Positions 25,267-35,229 of a stretch of 64,000 nt of DNA are shown here, in pieces (position 1 is the first letter of the stretch; every line of letters begins with the position of its first letter). This DNA comes from Nitrososphaerota archaeon (lineage in GTDB: Archaea; Thermoproteota; Nitrososphaeria_A; Caldarchaeales; Calditenuaceae). The notes under the pieces are model-generated. The model saw only the letters and a list, made by a program, of their open reading frames with translations. It was not told the DNA's origin and did no database searches. The stretch is taken from the NCBI GenBank assembly GCA_033581555.1, contig JAVQSZ010000007.1:1-64000 (forward strand). The letters are read 5' to 3'. Made by a program: the position numbers and the translations under genes.

Positions 25267-25937
25267 TGGGCGCTCACCTCCTCCCAGAGGTGCCTCCTGA
25301 TAAGTCCCGTCACCTTCTCCTTCAATCCCTCCAGCGCCGGCTCCCTCTCTACTAAGTTTATCGCCGCGACGGCCGCGTACTCCTTCACCGAGGACTGGCC
25401 GACGACCGCGATCAGGCCGTTGAGGCCGACGAAGAGCTTGCACCCGGTCTCCTTCTCGATCGTCTCCTGGAGCTCCCTGTTCCTGACGATGAGCCTCGGG
25501 ACCCTCGCGGGCGACATCCTCACAAGTATCCCCCTCTGAACCCTCGTCGCGTCCTTCCCGGACCTGAGCATCACGCCCTTGACGCCGGCGAAACCTATCG
25601 AGGCGTAGACGACGTCGCCGATTGCGAGGGCCTGCCTTGACCCTCCCTTCTTCTGCTTCGCCCTCAGTATCCCTAAGATGCCCCAGCCCAAGTCGAGCTC
25701 GTAGTGGCTCGGCTTGACGTCCACCACGATACCGACGACCTTGTCGCCTTCTCGGGGCTTATAGGGACCCCTCGCGGGGATCACTTCGATCCTCTGGCCG
25801 ACGACCCTCGCGATCCCCGGGACCGCCGAGTAGACCTTCCCTCCCTGGACGTACGTGTGCTTCCCGGCCCTTCCGGCCTCGTCCGAGAGTGGTTGACCGG
25901 GCACCACGAACTCTTTGTCATTCACGAAATCGACCAT
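25263..25937 (-). CDS. rrp4: Exosome RNA-binding cap subunit Rrp4
   Basis: VVPG N-domain, Y.P..GD.VVG S1 domain, KH-like VPRLI...VGLNG; upstream of rrp41. Confidence 0.88.
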   Translation of the reverse strand: MVDFVNDKEFVVPGQPLSDEAGRAGKHTYVQGGKVYSAVPGIARVVGQRIEVIPARGPYKPREGDKVVGIVVDVKPSHYELDLGWGILGILRAKQKKGGSRQALAIGDVVYASIGFAGVKGVMLRSGKDATRVQRGILVRMSPARVPRLIVRNRELQETIEKETGCKLFVGLNGLIAVVGQSSVKEYAAVAAINLVEREPALEGLKEKVTGLIRRHLWEEVSAQ

Positions 25938-26088
25938 CGCTGCACCTGCCGATCCCCCTCCCCGCCGGGATATTAATCCGTTTGAGACGTGTAACGGTGA
26001 AATTTCGGACCGTTCGGGCTATTGTCGAGGATGAGGAGAGCGGGTATTTCCGACCGGGAGGGATGAGGTGAGATGCCCGATCTGACGC

Positions 26089-26811
26089 TCAGATCAGCTC
26101 GACCCGGTCTCCGACCGACACCGTTCCCTCCCGGAGGACCGAGCACATCACGCCCAAGCAGCCCCCGTTGAACTCGGCGACGGCCTCGAGGACGCCGGGC
26201 TCCCTAGGGACGAAGCGCTGCGGCAGCGTCGTCACCTCGCACCGGGGGTTCCTCGACTCGACCTTCAGGACGACCCCGCTGCCGAGGGCCAGTCTCCTCC
26301 CTACCCAGAGGTCTTCGGGGAACTCGGCAGCGTCGTCGACCACGACGAGGACGTTCGGCCTGAACCTCGCGACCCTGATGTCTAGGTCCTTCCTTCTCGA
26401 CCTGAGCGACTCGACGCTCCTGTCCGTGAGCAGGTGGACCGCCCTCCCCGCGGAGGCCCTCGACCTCATCAGCCACGGCGCCCTCACTACCTCCACCTCC
26501 CTCCCCAGGAACTCCGAGAGGGTCGCGTTCGCGTCGTCACCGGAGGCGGTCGTCCCGTCGGGCAGCTCCACCTCGAGTTCCCCTCCGCGGAGCCTCGCGG
26601 CGACGAAGAGGAGCCTCGGCTCACTGGCGGTCCTGCCCCAGCCGTAGGTCCTTCCCACCGGCTCGAGGACCAACCCTGTATCCCTCTCGACCAGCGCGAA
26701 GGCCCTGTCGCCCTCGACGCCCGTCTCGGTGAGCCTCACCCCCGGGAGCTCCTCGCCGCCGCACCCCAGCAGCGGGTACCGCGCCACCGACCCGACCCGT
26801 CCGACGGCCAC
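26089..26811 (-). CDS. MOSC domain protein
   Basis: RYP, GDR, RFRPN, ED.W, RC..T, G.V.VGD. Confidence 0.88.
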   Translation of the reverse strand: MAVGRVGSVARYPLLGCGGEELPGVRLTETGVEGDRAFALVERDTGLVLEPVGRTYGWGRTASEPRLLFVAARLRGGELEVELPDGTTASGDDANATLSEFLGREVEVVRAPWLMRSRASAGRAVHLLTDRSVESLRSRRKDLDIRVARFRPNVLVVVDDAAEFPEDLWVGRRLALGSGVVLKVESRNPRCEVTTLPQRFVPREPGVLEAVAEFNGGCLGVMCSVLREGTVSVGDRVELI

Positions 26812-26930
26812 GTCGCGAGGACGCCATCGCCCGAATAAGCCTTCCCCGGCAACCTATGGTGCGCGGCGCATAAGTCGATCGTTTCACGTTTATTTCCCGG
26901 ATAGAGAGAGGGGTGGTGAGGGGCTGTGTT

Positions 26931-28157
26931 ATGGCATCGAATCTCGAAGTCCTGACTATCGACGACTTCGATCTCGCCGGGAGGACGGTCTTCGTGAGGG
27001 CCGACATGAACAGCGCCGTCGACCCGAAGACCGGGAGGCTGCTCGACCACTCGAGGATCTCGGAGGCCGCCGTCACGGTCAGGGAGCTCTCGAGGTCCAA
27101 GGTCGTGGTCGGGTCCCACCAGGGCAGGGTCGGGGGGTACGACTACGTCTCGCTCCACGAGCACGCGAAGGCGCTGGAGGAGTACGTCGGGAGGAGGGTG
27201 AAGTTCGTCGAGGACGTCATAGGAAGGGCCGCGATGGAAGAGATCAGGTCTCTCAGGGACGGTGACGTGCTGCTCCTCGACAACCTGCGGCTGGCCGCGG
27301 AGGAGAACTTCGAGTTCACGATCGAGGCCGCGGGCAACACCCACTTCGTCAGGAGGCTCTCATCGGTGATCGACTACTGCGTCCTCGACTCCTTCCCCAC
27401 CGCCCATAGGGCCCATCCGTCGATCGTGGGCTTCGCGAAGGTGAGGCCGACTCTCGCGGGCAGGCTGGTCGTCAAGGAGTTGAAGGCCCTCAGGAACGTC
27501 CAGCAGGTGATGAAGGCTCCCTTCGTCACGGTCCTTGGGGGCGCGAAGGTCAGCGACAGGCTCGAGGCGATCGAGGCCCTGATCGAGGGAGGTAAGGCCG
27601 ACAGGATACTGCTGACGGGGCTGATCGCGCTGGTCTTCCTCAGGGCCGTGGGGAAGATCAAGAGGCCGCTCAACGTCAAGGACGAAGCCAAGCTGGTCGA
27701 GAAGGCCGGGAGCATCTACTCCAAGTACGACGAGCGGTTCGAGCTGCCTGAGGACCTCGCGGTCTTGGTCGACGACCGGAGGGCCGAAGTTCCGCCCGAA
27801 CAGGTCGAGGACCCGGGCCAGGTCAGGGACATAGGGACGAACACGATCAGGAAGTACGTGAAGGTGATCAAGAGCGCGGGCACGGTCTTCGTCAGCGGTC
27901 CCCCGGGCGTCTTCGAGGACGACAGGTTCTCCCTCGGGACCTACGAGATCCTGCAAGCGGTCGCGAACTCGCTGGGCGTCACGATCGTCAGCGGCGGCCA
28001 CCTCAGCGCCGCCCTCCAGAAGCTCAACGTCAAGGACTGGGTCGACTACGTCAGCACCGCAGGTGGAGCCCTGGTCATGTACCTAGCCGGGAAGAGGCTC
28101 CCGATGTTCGAGGCCCTGAAGGCCTCCTACGAGCACTGGAGGGAGAGGAAGGCTTGA
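26931..28157 (+). CDS. pgk: Phosphoglycerate kinase
   Basis: RADMN, SHQGR, AHRAHPS, GGAKVSD, GGGH-like SGGH, STAGGA. Confidence 0.96.
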   Translation: MASNLEVLTIDDFDLAGRTVFVRADMNSAVDPKTGRLLDHSRISEAAVTVRELSRSKVVVGSHQGRVGGYDYVSLHEHAKALEEYVGRRVKFVEDVIGRAAMEEIRSLRDGDVLLLDNLRLAAEENFEFTIEAAGNTHFVRRLSSVIDYCVLDSFPTAHRAHPSIVGFAKVRPTLAGRLVVKELKALRNVQQVMKAPFVTVLGGAKVSDRLEAIEALIEGGKADRILLTGLIALVFLRAVGKIKRPLNVKDEAKLVEKAGSIYSKYDERFELPEDLAVLVDDRRAEVPPEQVEDPGQVRDIGTNTIRKYVKVIKSAGTVFVSGPPGVFEDDRFSLGTYEILQAVANSLGVTIVSGGHLSAALQKLNVKDWVDYVSTAGGALVMYLAGKRLPMFEALKASYEHWRERKA

Positions 28158-29173
28158 GGGTCTTCGTGAACGGTTACGGCACGATCGGCAGGAGGGTCGC
28201 GGACGCGGTGAGGAGGCAGCGGGACATGGAGCTGGTGGGGGTCGGGAAGACCAAACCCGACTACAAGGCGAAGATGGCCGCGTCGAGGGGCATCAGGGTC
28301 TACGTCCCCTCGGAGAAGGAGGTCGAGGCGTTCTCTAGGGCCGGGGTCGAGGTCGCGGGGACCATCAAGGAGGGGATAACGTCCGCGGACCTCGTGATAG
28401 ACGCGACCACGGACGGGATGGGCGCGAAGAACGCCGCGCTCTACAAGGAGGCGGGGAAGCCCGCGGTCTTCCAAGGAGGGGAAAAGCCCGAAGTCGCAGA
28501 GGTCTCCTTCGTAGCCGAGTGCAACTACGACGCGTCCGCGGGCAGGAGGTACGTAAGGGTCGTCTCGTGCAACACGACCGGCCTCTGCAGGGTGATCATC
28601 GCGCTGAGGAAGGGTTTGGAGCTGGAGGCCGCGAGGGTCGTGATAGCCAGGAGGGCCGCGGACCCGGAGGAGGTCTCGAAGGGCCCGATCAACGCGGTCG
28701 TCCCCGATCCCATAGCCGTGCCCTCCCACCACGCCGATGACGTCAGGACCGTGATCCCGGACTTCGACGTCGTCACGATGGCCTACAAGGTCCCGAACAC
28801 CCAGGTCCACCTCCACACTTTCATCGGGAGGTCTAGGCGCGGCGGCCTGAAGAGGGACGACGTGATCGAGGCGCTGGCCTCCTCAGAGAGGATACTGCTC
28901 GTCGAGGGCTCGCACGGCGTCAAGTCCACCGCCAGCGTCCTCGAGCTCGCGAGGGAGGCCGGAAGGCCCAGGAGCGACCTCTACGAGGTGGCGGTCTGGA
29001 GGGACTCGATCTACACCTCCGGGAACGAGGTGATGTTCTTCATGGCGGTCCACCAGGAGGCGATCGTCGTCCCTGAGAACGTAGACGCGGTCAGGGCGGT
29101 CCTCAGGGCCGCATCGGCGCGTGAGAGCATAAGGGCCACCAACGCGAGCCTGGGGATCCCGCTGCGGATTTAA
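28154..29173 (+). CDS. gap: Archaeal (type II) glyceraldehyde-3-phosphate dehydrogenase
   Basis: NGYGTIG, FQGGE, VVSCNTTG, PSHH, HQEAIVVPEN. Confidence 0.96.
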   Translation: MRVFVNGYGTIGRRVADAVRRQRDMELVGVGKTKPDYKAKMAASRGIRVYVPSEKEVEAFSRAGVEVAGTIKEGITSADLVIDATTDGMGAKNAALYKEAGKPAVFQGGEKPEVAEVSFVAECNYDASAGRRYVRVVSCNTTGLCRVIIALRKGLELEAARVVIARRAADPEEVSKGPINAVVPDPIAVPSHHADDVRTVIPDFDVVTMAYKVPNTQVHLHTFIGRSRRGGLKRDDVIEALASSERILLVEGSHGVKSTASVLELAREAGRPRSDLYEVAVWRDSIYTSGNEVMFFMAVHQEAIVVPENVDAVRAVLRAASARESIRATNASLGIPLRI

Positions 29174-29211
29174 ATTAAGTCGGCGGGCTGTTCCATCGGG
29201 GGTGGTCAGGG

Positions 29212-29307
29212 GTGCCCCGGTGCGAGCTCTGCGGCAGGAAGACCGAGAAGCTCTTCATGGTGAAGGGGAAGAGGGTCTGCGACAAGTGCCAGACGAAGGT
29301 CGGGTAG
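29212..29307 (+). CDS. 31-aa zinc-finger micro-protein
   Basis: Manual translation MPRCELCGRKTEKLFMVKGKRVCDKCQTKVG*; two CxxC, AT-rich box at about 29169-29178 and GGTGG upstream. Confidence 0.72.
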   Translation: MPRCELCGRKTEKLFMVKGKRVCDKCQTKVG

Positions 29308-29308
29308 C

Positions 29309-30079
29309 TCAGCGGACCAGCCTAGTCCCGAGGACCGGGAGCCCGAGGACCGCGTTCGCGACCCGCTCCGGGAAGAGCCCGTTCACGATCAGGACCTCGA
29401 CGCCCGCCTCGACCGCCTCGAAGGCCTCCTCGACCTTCGTCGCCATCCCGCCGGTAGCGTCCGCCACATCGGCGTACTGCGTCCTCCTGTGGCCCTCGTA
29501 GTCGAGGACGTCCGCGACCCTAGTCCCTCCGCCGGGCTCCCTGACCAGCACACCGTCGACGTCGGTCGCGTAGACGAGCCTCTTCGCCCTGAGCCTAACC
29601 GCGAGGTGGACCGCGATCGAGTCGCCCGAGAGGACCGTGAAGCCCAGCTCCCTGTCGAAGACGACGTCGCCCATCGTGACCGGGACCAGCCCCTCCCCGA
29701 GGCACCCGAGGAACGGCTCGAGGTTGACCGACCTGACCTTCCCTCCGGACGTCCTGAAGGTCACCGAGGCCGGGACCGAGAAGGCCGGTATCCCCTCCTC
29801 CGCGAGGACCTCGGTAACCCTCTGGTTCAGCCTCCTGACGACCAGAGCGGTCCTCACCAGGCCCTCGACCGTCCCGCCAGACCTCCCGAGCCTGACCCTG
29901 CCCTCCAGCGCGGTCCTGTGGACCTCGTGGCCCCCTCCGTGGACGAGGATCAGGCCTTCCCTGACCCACTCCCTCAGGAGCCTTGCGGTCTCCCTCAGGA
30001 GCTGCTCCCTTAGCTCGGAGCTCCCGGCCCTCTTGTCCGTCAGCACCGAACCTCCGATCTTCACGACCGAGAGCGGCAT
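29309..30079 (-). CDS. Isopentenyl phosphate kinase (amino-acid kinase family)
   Basis: KIGGSVLTDK, VHGGG..H, PV..GDV, LSGD, TDVDG, DATGGM..K. Confidence 0.85.
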   Translation of the reverse strand: MPLSVVKIGGSVLTDKRAGSSELREQLLRETARLLREWVREGLILVHGGGHEVHRTALEGRVRLGRSGGTVEGLVRTALVVRRLNQRVTEVLAEEGIPAFSVPASVTFRTSGGKVRSVNLEPFLGCLGEGLVPVTMGDVVFDRELGFTVLSGDSIAVHLAVRLRAKRLVYATDVDGVLVREPGGGTRVADVLDYEGHRRTQYADVADATGGMATKVEEAFEAVEAGVEVLIVNGLFPERVANAVLGLPVLGTRLVR

Positions 30080-30186
30080 CCGGCCCCACCCCTCCCGAGC
30101 TCCCGAAAAGTTTTGCACGCCGCCCTCCCCAGCGATCGGCCGAGTTACCTCTGAGCGCTTAAATGCGACCGGGCGCGGAGTCGGAC

Positions 30187-31695
30187 GTGAGCTCCGTCGA
30201 CGCCGACCTTCTGGAGACGCTGAAGGAGCTGGCCAACGCGTACGGGCCGCCTGCTTGGGAGGAGGACGTCGTGGGGAGGCTCAAGTCGATGACTTCGGGG
30301 CTCGCGGAGAGGACCTGGAGGGACAACTTGGGGAACCTCTTCGTGAAGGTGAGGTCCGGGAGGGGACCGAGGGTGATGCTGGTCGCCCACATGGACGAGG
30401 TCGCGATGATCGTGAGGCACGTCGACGACTCCGGGTTCCTCCACGTCGCGCCCCTCGGCGGCCTCGACCCCAGGGTCCTGATCGGGCAGAGGGTCGTCGT
30501 CCACGGGAGCGCTCCCGTCGAGGGGTGCGTCGGTGCGAAGCCGCCCCACGTGATGACGCCTGAGGAGATGAAGTCCGTCCCGAGCGTGAAGGAGCTCTAC
30601 GTCGACATCGGGGCATCGAGCAGGGAGGAGGCGAAGGCCCTCGGGATCAGGGTCGGGAGCTTCGTCACGTTCCCACCCAACTTCTCGGTCTCCTCGGGGA
30701 CCAGGGTGATCTCGAAGGCCCTTGACGACAGGGCGGGCTGCGCGGCAGCGGTCGAGGTCTCGAGGAGGCTACAGGGCCTCGAGTCCGGCCCGGAGCTCTA
30801 CGCGGTCTTCACGGTCCAGGAGGAGCTCGGCCTGAGGGGCGCCTCGGTGATCGTCGAGCAGGTCGAGCCCGACCTCGCGGTGGTGCTGGAGTGCACGGTG
30901 GCCGCCGACGTCCCCGGAACTCCACCTCAGGACCACGTGACCAGACTGGGGCATGGAGCTGCGGTCAGAATGATGGACTCGACGATGCTGACCAACCCGA
31001 GGCTCGTCGGCTGGCTCGCAGGGATCGCGGAGAGGGAGGGCATACCCTACCAGCTCCAGGTGATGACGGGAGGAGGGACCGACGCCGGCAGGATACACAT
31101 CCAGCGGAGGGGCGTCCCGACGGTCGTGATCTCCACGCCGTGCAGGTACCTCCACACGCCGAACCTGATGCTCGACCTGAGGGACCTGGAGGCCGTGGTG
31201 AGGCTGACGGTCGCGGCCGCGATGGAGGCGCGGAGGCGCTCAGAGACCCCTCGACCTGAGGAGCCTCTCGATCCTCCTCGCCAGCTTGAAGTCCCGGTCG
31301 GTGAGGCCGCCCTCGTCGTGGGTGGTGAGGGAGATCCTCATCCTCCCGTATCCGAGGGAGACGTCGGGGTGGTGGTTCATCTCGTCCGCGATCTCCGCGA
31401 TCCTGCGCAGCAGCCTGACGCCGTCCGTGAAGCCCTCGAGCTTAACGACCCTGTAGATCCTCTTCCCGGTCCTCCTCCAGTTCCTCAGCGGCCTGAGCCT
31501 CCGCTCGACCTCGGCCTCGGAGAGCCTCAACCCGCGGCGATAGGTCGCTCGGCGCACTTAACGGTTCCCCCTGAACAAGGTACCGGAGTCAGGAGGCTCC
31601 CCTCATCCTCTCGCCGATCTGGCGCTCGAGCTCGTGGAGCTGCTCGTAGAGCCTCCTCAGTCTCGGGTCCGAGTCCGGGGGCGTCACGACCCTGA
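30187..31695 (+). CDS. M42 (TET) aminopeptidase; homology ends near 31235 while the ORF runs on
   Basis: [31 protein letters not shown]. Confidence 0.88.
   Translation: MSSVDADLLETLKELANAYGPPAWEEDVVGRLKSMTSGLAERTWRDNLGNLFVKVRSGRGPRVMLVAHMDEVAMIVRHVDDSGFLHVAPLGGLDPRVLIGQRVVVHGSAPVEGCVGAKPPHVMTPEEMKSVPSVKELYVDIGASSREEAKALGIRVGSFVTFPPNFSVSSGTRVISKALDDRAGCAAAVEVSRRLQGLESGPELYAVFTVQEELGLRGASVIVEQVEPDLAVVLECTVAADVPGTPPQDHVTRLGHGAAVRMMDSTMLTNPRLVGWLAGIAEREGIPYQLQVMTGGGTDAGRIHIQRRGVPTVVISTPCRYLHTPNLMLDLRDLEAVVRLTVAAAMEARRRSETPRPEEPLDPPRQLEVPVGEAALVVGGEGDPHPPVSEGDVGVVVHLVRDLRDPAQQPDAVREALELNDPVDPLPGPPPVPQRPEPPLDLGLGEPQPAAIGRSAHLTVPPEQGTGVRRLPSSSRRSGARARGAARRASSVSGPSPGASRP
31240..31557 (-). CDS. Pterin-4-alpha-carbinolamine dehydratase
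   Basis: [22 protein letters not shown]. Confidence 0.9.
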   Translation of the reverse strand: MRRATYRRGLRLSEAEVERRLRPLRNWRRTGKRIYRVVKLEGFTDGVRLLRRIAEIADEMNHHPDVSLGYGRMRISLTTHDEGGLTDRDFKLARRIERLLRSRGL

Positions 31696-32671
31696 AGTGG
31701 ATCACCATGTCGCCGCGGCCCCTCAGGCCCTTCCCCTTCAGCCTCACCTCGCCGAGGCCTTGCGGCACCCTGACCTCGATCTGTTCGCCGAGGAACCTGA
31801 ACCTCACCATCGAGCCGAGGAAGGCCTCGCTGGGCGTGACCGGGACCTCGACGTGGACGTCTCCCCCCTCGAGCCTGACGTTCTCCGGGAGCCTCACCCT
31901 CAGCCTGACGTAGACGTCACCTCCGCCCCGGGTCCAGAGCCTCAAGACGTCGCCGTCCGCAGCCTCGGGGGGCACCTCGAACTCGACCTCCTCGAGGACC
32001 CTCGACCTCCCGGTCCCTCCGCACGCGCCGCAGGCCTTCTCCGCGACCTTGCCCCGCCCGCCGCAGGAACCGCAGGTCGTCGCGACCGTCATGAAGACCG
32101 GTCCGGACCTCCTCCTAGTCACGACGTGGCCGCTCCCGCCGCAGACGCCGCAGACCCTCAACCTCCCTCCCTCGGCCCCGGTTCCGTGGCAGGCGCCGCA
32201 GACCCCTGTCCTCGGGACCCGGACCCTCTTCCTCCCTCCGCGGTAGAGGTCTTGGATGTCGACGTCAACCTCGACCACCGGCCGCTCCTCGGGCTCCGGC
32301 CCGAACCCGAACCCCAGGCCCCAGTCCCTGAAGAACTTCTCGAAGATCGAGCCGATGTCCCCGAACCCCAGGTCCCTCAGGACCTCCTCGAAGTCCGCCT
32401 CCCTCCCCCTGAAGATGTCCTCAGTCCTCGCGTAGGCCTGGGAGAGTCCCTCGTGGCCGTAGAGGTCGTAGAGCCTCCGCTTCTCGTCGTCCATCAGGAC
32501 CGCATAGGCCTCGCTGATCTCCTTGAACTTCTCCTCCGCATCGGGTGACTTGTTCCTGTCGGGGTGATACTGGAGCGCGAGCCTCCTGTAGGCCCTCTTG
32601 ATCTCCTCCTTCGTCGCGTTCCTCGGGACCCCCAGCACCTCGTAGTAGTCCCTCTTCGGCCTGCTGGACAT
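31589..32671 (-). CDS. dnaJ: Chaperone DnaJ
   Basis: J-domain [13 protein letters not shown] region, four CxxCxGxG. Confidence 0.96.
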   Translation of the reverse strand: MSSRPKRDYYEVLGVPRNATKEEIKRAYRRLALQYHPDRNKSPDAEEKFKEISEAYAVLMDDEKRRLYDLYGHEGLSQAYARTEDIFRGREADFEEVLRDLGFGDIGSIFEKFFRDWGLGFGFGPEPEERPVVEVDVDIQDLYRGGRKRVRVPRTGVCGACHGTGAEGGRLRVCGVCGGSGHVVTRRRSGPVFMTVATTCGSCGGRGKVAEKACGACGGTGRSRVLEEVEFEVPPEAADGDVLRLWTRGGGDVYVRLRVRLPENVRLEGGDVHVEVPVTPSEAFLGSMVRFRFLGEQIEVRVPQGLGEVRLKGKGLRGRGDMVIHFRVVTPPDSDPRLRRLYEQLHELERQIGERMRGAS

Positions 32672-32708
32672 TATTCCGGAGCGACGTTCCCCGGTGAGCT
32701 AATATAAC

Positions 32709-34517
32709 TTAACCCGACGCGGGACCGCTCTTCTCTCCCTTCTCCCCGGAAGCCGACGGCGCTGTGCTCTGGTAGATCACCATGCCGATCTCCTGTGCCA
32801 CCTTCCGCAAGCTCTCGACCTTCGACTTGATCGCACCAACGTCGTCGCCCTTCGCCGCCTCCCTCAGCTCCCTGACCGCCGCCTCGACCCGTGACCTCAG
32901 GTCCGATGGGACCCTCTCGCCGTACTCCTTGAGGGCCCTCTCGACCGAGTAGATCAGGGACTCGGCCTCGTTCCTCACCTCGGCCAGCTCCTTCTTCCTC
33001 CTGTCCTGCTCCGCGTACGTCTCGGCCTCCTTGATCATCCTCTCGATCTGCTCCCTCGAGAGCCTGTGGGGCGCGGTTATCTTCGCGCTGATCTCCTTCC
33101 CGGTCCCCAGGTCCTTCGCGGTCACGGTGAGTATCCCGTCGACGTTGATGTCGAAGGTCACCTCGATCCTCGGGACCCCCCTCGGGGCCGGAGGTATTCC
33201 GTCCAGGAGGAGCTTCCCGAGCGAGACGTTGTCCGCGGCCATCGGCCTCTCTCCCTGGACGACGTGGACCACGACCGAGGTCTGGAAGTCCTCTGCGGTC
33301 GTGAAGACCTTGCTCCTCCTCACCGGTATCGTCGTGTTCCTCTCGATGATCGGCTCGACGAGACCTCCGAGGACCTCGACGCCCAGCGTGAGGGGCGTGA
33401 CGTCGAGCAGCACTATGTCCTTCCCCTTCAGCTCCCCGGAGATTATCGCTGCCTGGATCGCCGCGCCGATCGCGACCGCCTCCATCGGGTCGACGCCCCT
33501 CTCGGGCTCTTTCCCGATCACCGACTTGATGAACTCCCTGACGATCGGCATCCTCGTCGGGCCCCCGATCAGTATCACCTTGTCGATGTCCTCGGGCCTC
33601 ATCTTGGCGTCCGCGAGCGCCTGCATCATCGGGCCCCTGCACCTCTCGATGATCGGCCTCACCAGCTCCTCGAGCTTCGCCCGCGTGAGGGTCATCACGA
33701 GGTGCTTCGGGCCCGTGGAGTCGCTGGCTATGAAGGGCAGGTTGATCTCGGTCTCGTAGACCGTCGAGAGCTCGATCTTGGCCTTCTCCGCGGCCTCCCT
33801 CACCCTGTGCATCGCCATCGGGTCCCTGGTCAGGTCGATCCCGGTCTCAGCCCTGAACCTGCCGACGATGTAGTTGACGATCGCGTCGTCCATGTCCCTC
33901 CCCCCCAACTGCGTGTCTCCGGACGTCGCCCTGACCTCGAAGACGCCTCCTCCCATCTCCATTATCGTCACGTCGAGCGTCCCTCCTCCCAGGTCGAAGA
34001 CCATGATCCTGAGGTCCTGCTCGGCCTTGTCGAGCCCGTAGGCGAGGGCGGCCGCGGTCGGCTCGTTGATGATCCTCACGGCCTCGAGGCCCGCGATCGT
34101 GGCCGCGTCCTTCGTCGCCTGCCTCTGGTTGTCGTTGAAGTAGGCCGGGACCGTTATCACCGCCTTCCTGACCGGTTCGCCGAGGAAGGCCTCCGCGTCC
34201 CTCTTTATCTTCTGGAGGAGGAAGGCCGAGAGCTGCTGGGGCGTATACTCCTTGCCGTGGAGGACGTACCTGTAATCCGTCCCCATCTTCCTCTTGAAGC
34301 CCGTGACCGTGCCCTCGGGGTTTGTCACCGCCTGCCTCCTCGCAGGTTCCCCGACCAGCAGCTGTCCGTCCTTGGTCACCGCGACGTAGGACGGGAACGC
34401 CTTCCCGTACATCGTGAAGCCCTCGCTGGCGGGTATCATCACCGGCTTCCCGTCGATCACCACCGCCGCGGCCGAGTTGCTGGTCCCCAGGTCTATTCCA
34501 ATGACCCGCTCTGGCAC
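32709..34517 (-). CDS. dnaK: Chaperone DnaK (Hsp70)
   Basis: [32 protein letters not shown]. Confidence 0.98.
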   Translation of the reverse strand: MPERVIGIDLGTSNSAAAVVIDGKPVMIPASEGFTMYGKAFPSYVAVTKDGQLLVGEPARRQAVTNPEGTVTGFKRKMGTDYRYVLHGKEYTPQQLSAFLLQKIKRDAEAFLGEPVRKAVITVPAYFNDNQRQATKDAATIAGLEAVRIINEPTAAALAYGLDKAEQDLRIMVFDLGGGTLDVTIMEMGGGVFEVRATSGDTQLGGRDMDDAIVNYIVGRFRAETGIDLTRDPMAMHRVREAAEKAKIELSTVYETEINLPFIASDSTGPKHLVMTLTRAKLEELVRPIIERCRGPMMQALADAKMRPEDIDKVILIGGPTRMPIVREFIKSVIGKEPERGVDPMEAVAIGAAIQAAIISGELKGKDIVLLDVTPLTLGVEVLGGLVEPIIERNTTIPVRRSKVFTTAEDFQTSVVVHVVQGERPMAADNVSLGKLLLDGIPPAPRGVPRIEVTFDINVDGILTVTAKDLGTGKEISAKITAPHRLSREQIERMIKEAETYAEQDRRKKELAEVRNEAESLIYSVERALKEYGERVPSDLRSRVEAAVRELREAAKGDDVGAIKSKVESLRKVAQEIGMVIYQSTAPSASGEKGEKSGPASG

Positions 34518-34607
34518 GGCAATCCCCCGTTTCCGCATTTGTCAGCCGGGTTCATTTAGGGTTAGCCCGGCGCCTCCTTAAAGCGAGGGCGTGCGCTCGT
34601 CGCGGGG

Positions 34608-35105
34608 ATGAAGTTCCACCCGCTCAGCAAGTCGGACCTGAAGAGGTTGAGGGAGGAGCTCCGGAGCAGGGGGTTCGCGGTCGAGGGGAGGACCGGTGCG
34701 GTGCTCGAGGAGGGGGGAGTGAAGGTGGTCCTGGTCGACGGGAACGCGTTCTTCGAGGAGGCGGGGAGGCTCCTCCCGGTCGCCGACGACAGGATCAACG
34801 GCTCCCTCCTCGCGGCGATGCCCTCGGTCTTCGTCGACGTCGGCGCGGTCAAGCACGTGATCAACGGCGCCTCGGTGATGAGGCCGGGGATCGTGAGGGT
34901 CGAGGGCGAGTTCTCGAAGGGCGACTACGTGGTAGTAAGGGAGGAGAGGGCAGGTCAAGCGATCGCGATCGGCGAGGCGCTGCTCTCGTCCTCGGAGCTG
35001 GCTACCGTCACGAAGGGGAAGGTGGTCAGGAACGTCCAGCACCACGGCGACGAGGTCCACGAGAGGGCGAAGGAGGCGCTATCCCTTCTCCCCAGAGGGC
35101 GCTGA
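34608..35105 (+). CDS. PUA-domain RNA-binding protein (MCT-1/Tma20-like)
   Basis: VDVGAVKHVINGASVMRPGI, KGK.V.N.HH.GD. Confidence 0.88.
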   Translation: MKFHPLSKSDLKRLREELRSRGFAVEGRTGAVLEEGGVKVVLVDGNAFFEEAGRLLPVADDRINGSLLAAMPSVFVDVGAVKHVINGASVMRPGIVRVEGEFSKGDYVVVREERAGQAIAIGEALLSSSELATVTKGKVVRNVQHHGDEVHERAKEALSLLPRGR

Positions 35106-35229
35106 CCTCAGCCTCCTCAGCTCCTCCATCAGCTCGACGTAGGAGGACTTGACGTCGTCGAGGTCCTCGGTCGCCAGAGCCCTCAGGTAGGTGATCGTGA
35201 GGCGGTGGTCCGATGCCCCCGGCCTCAGG

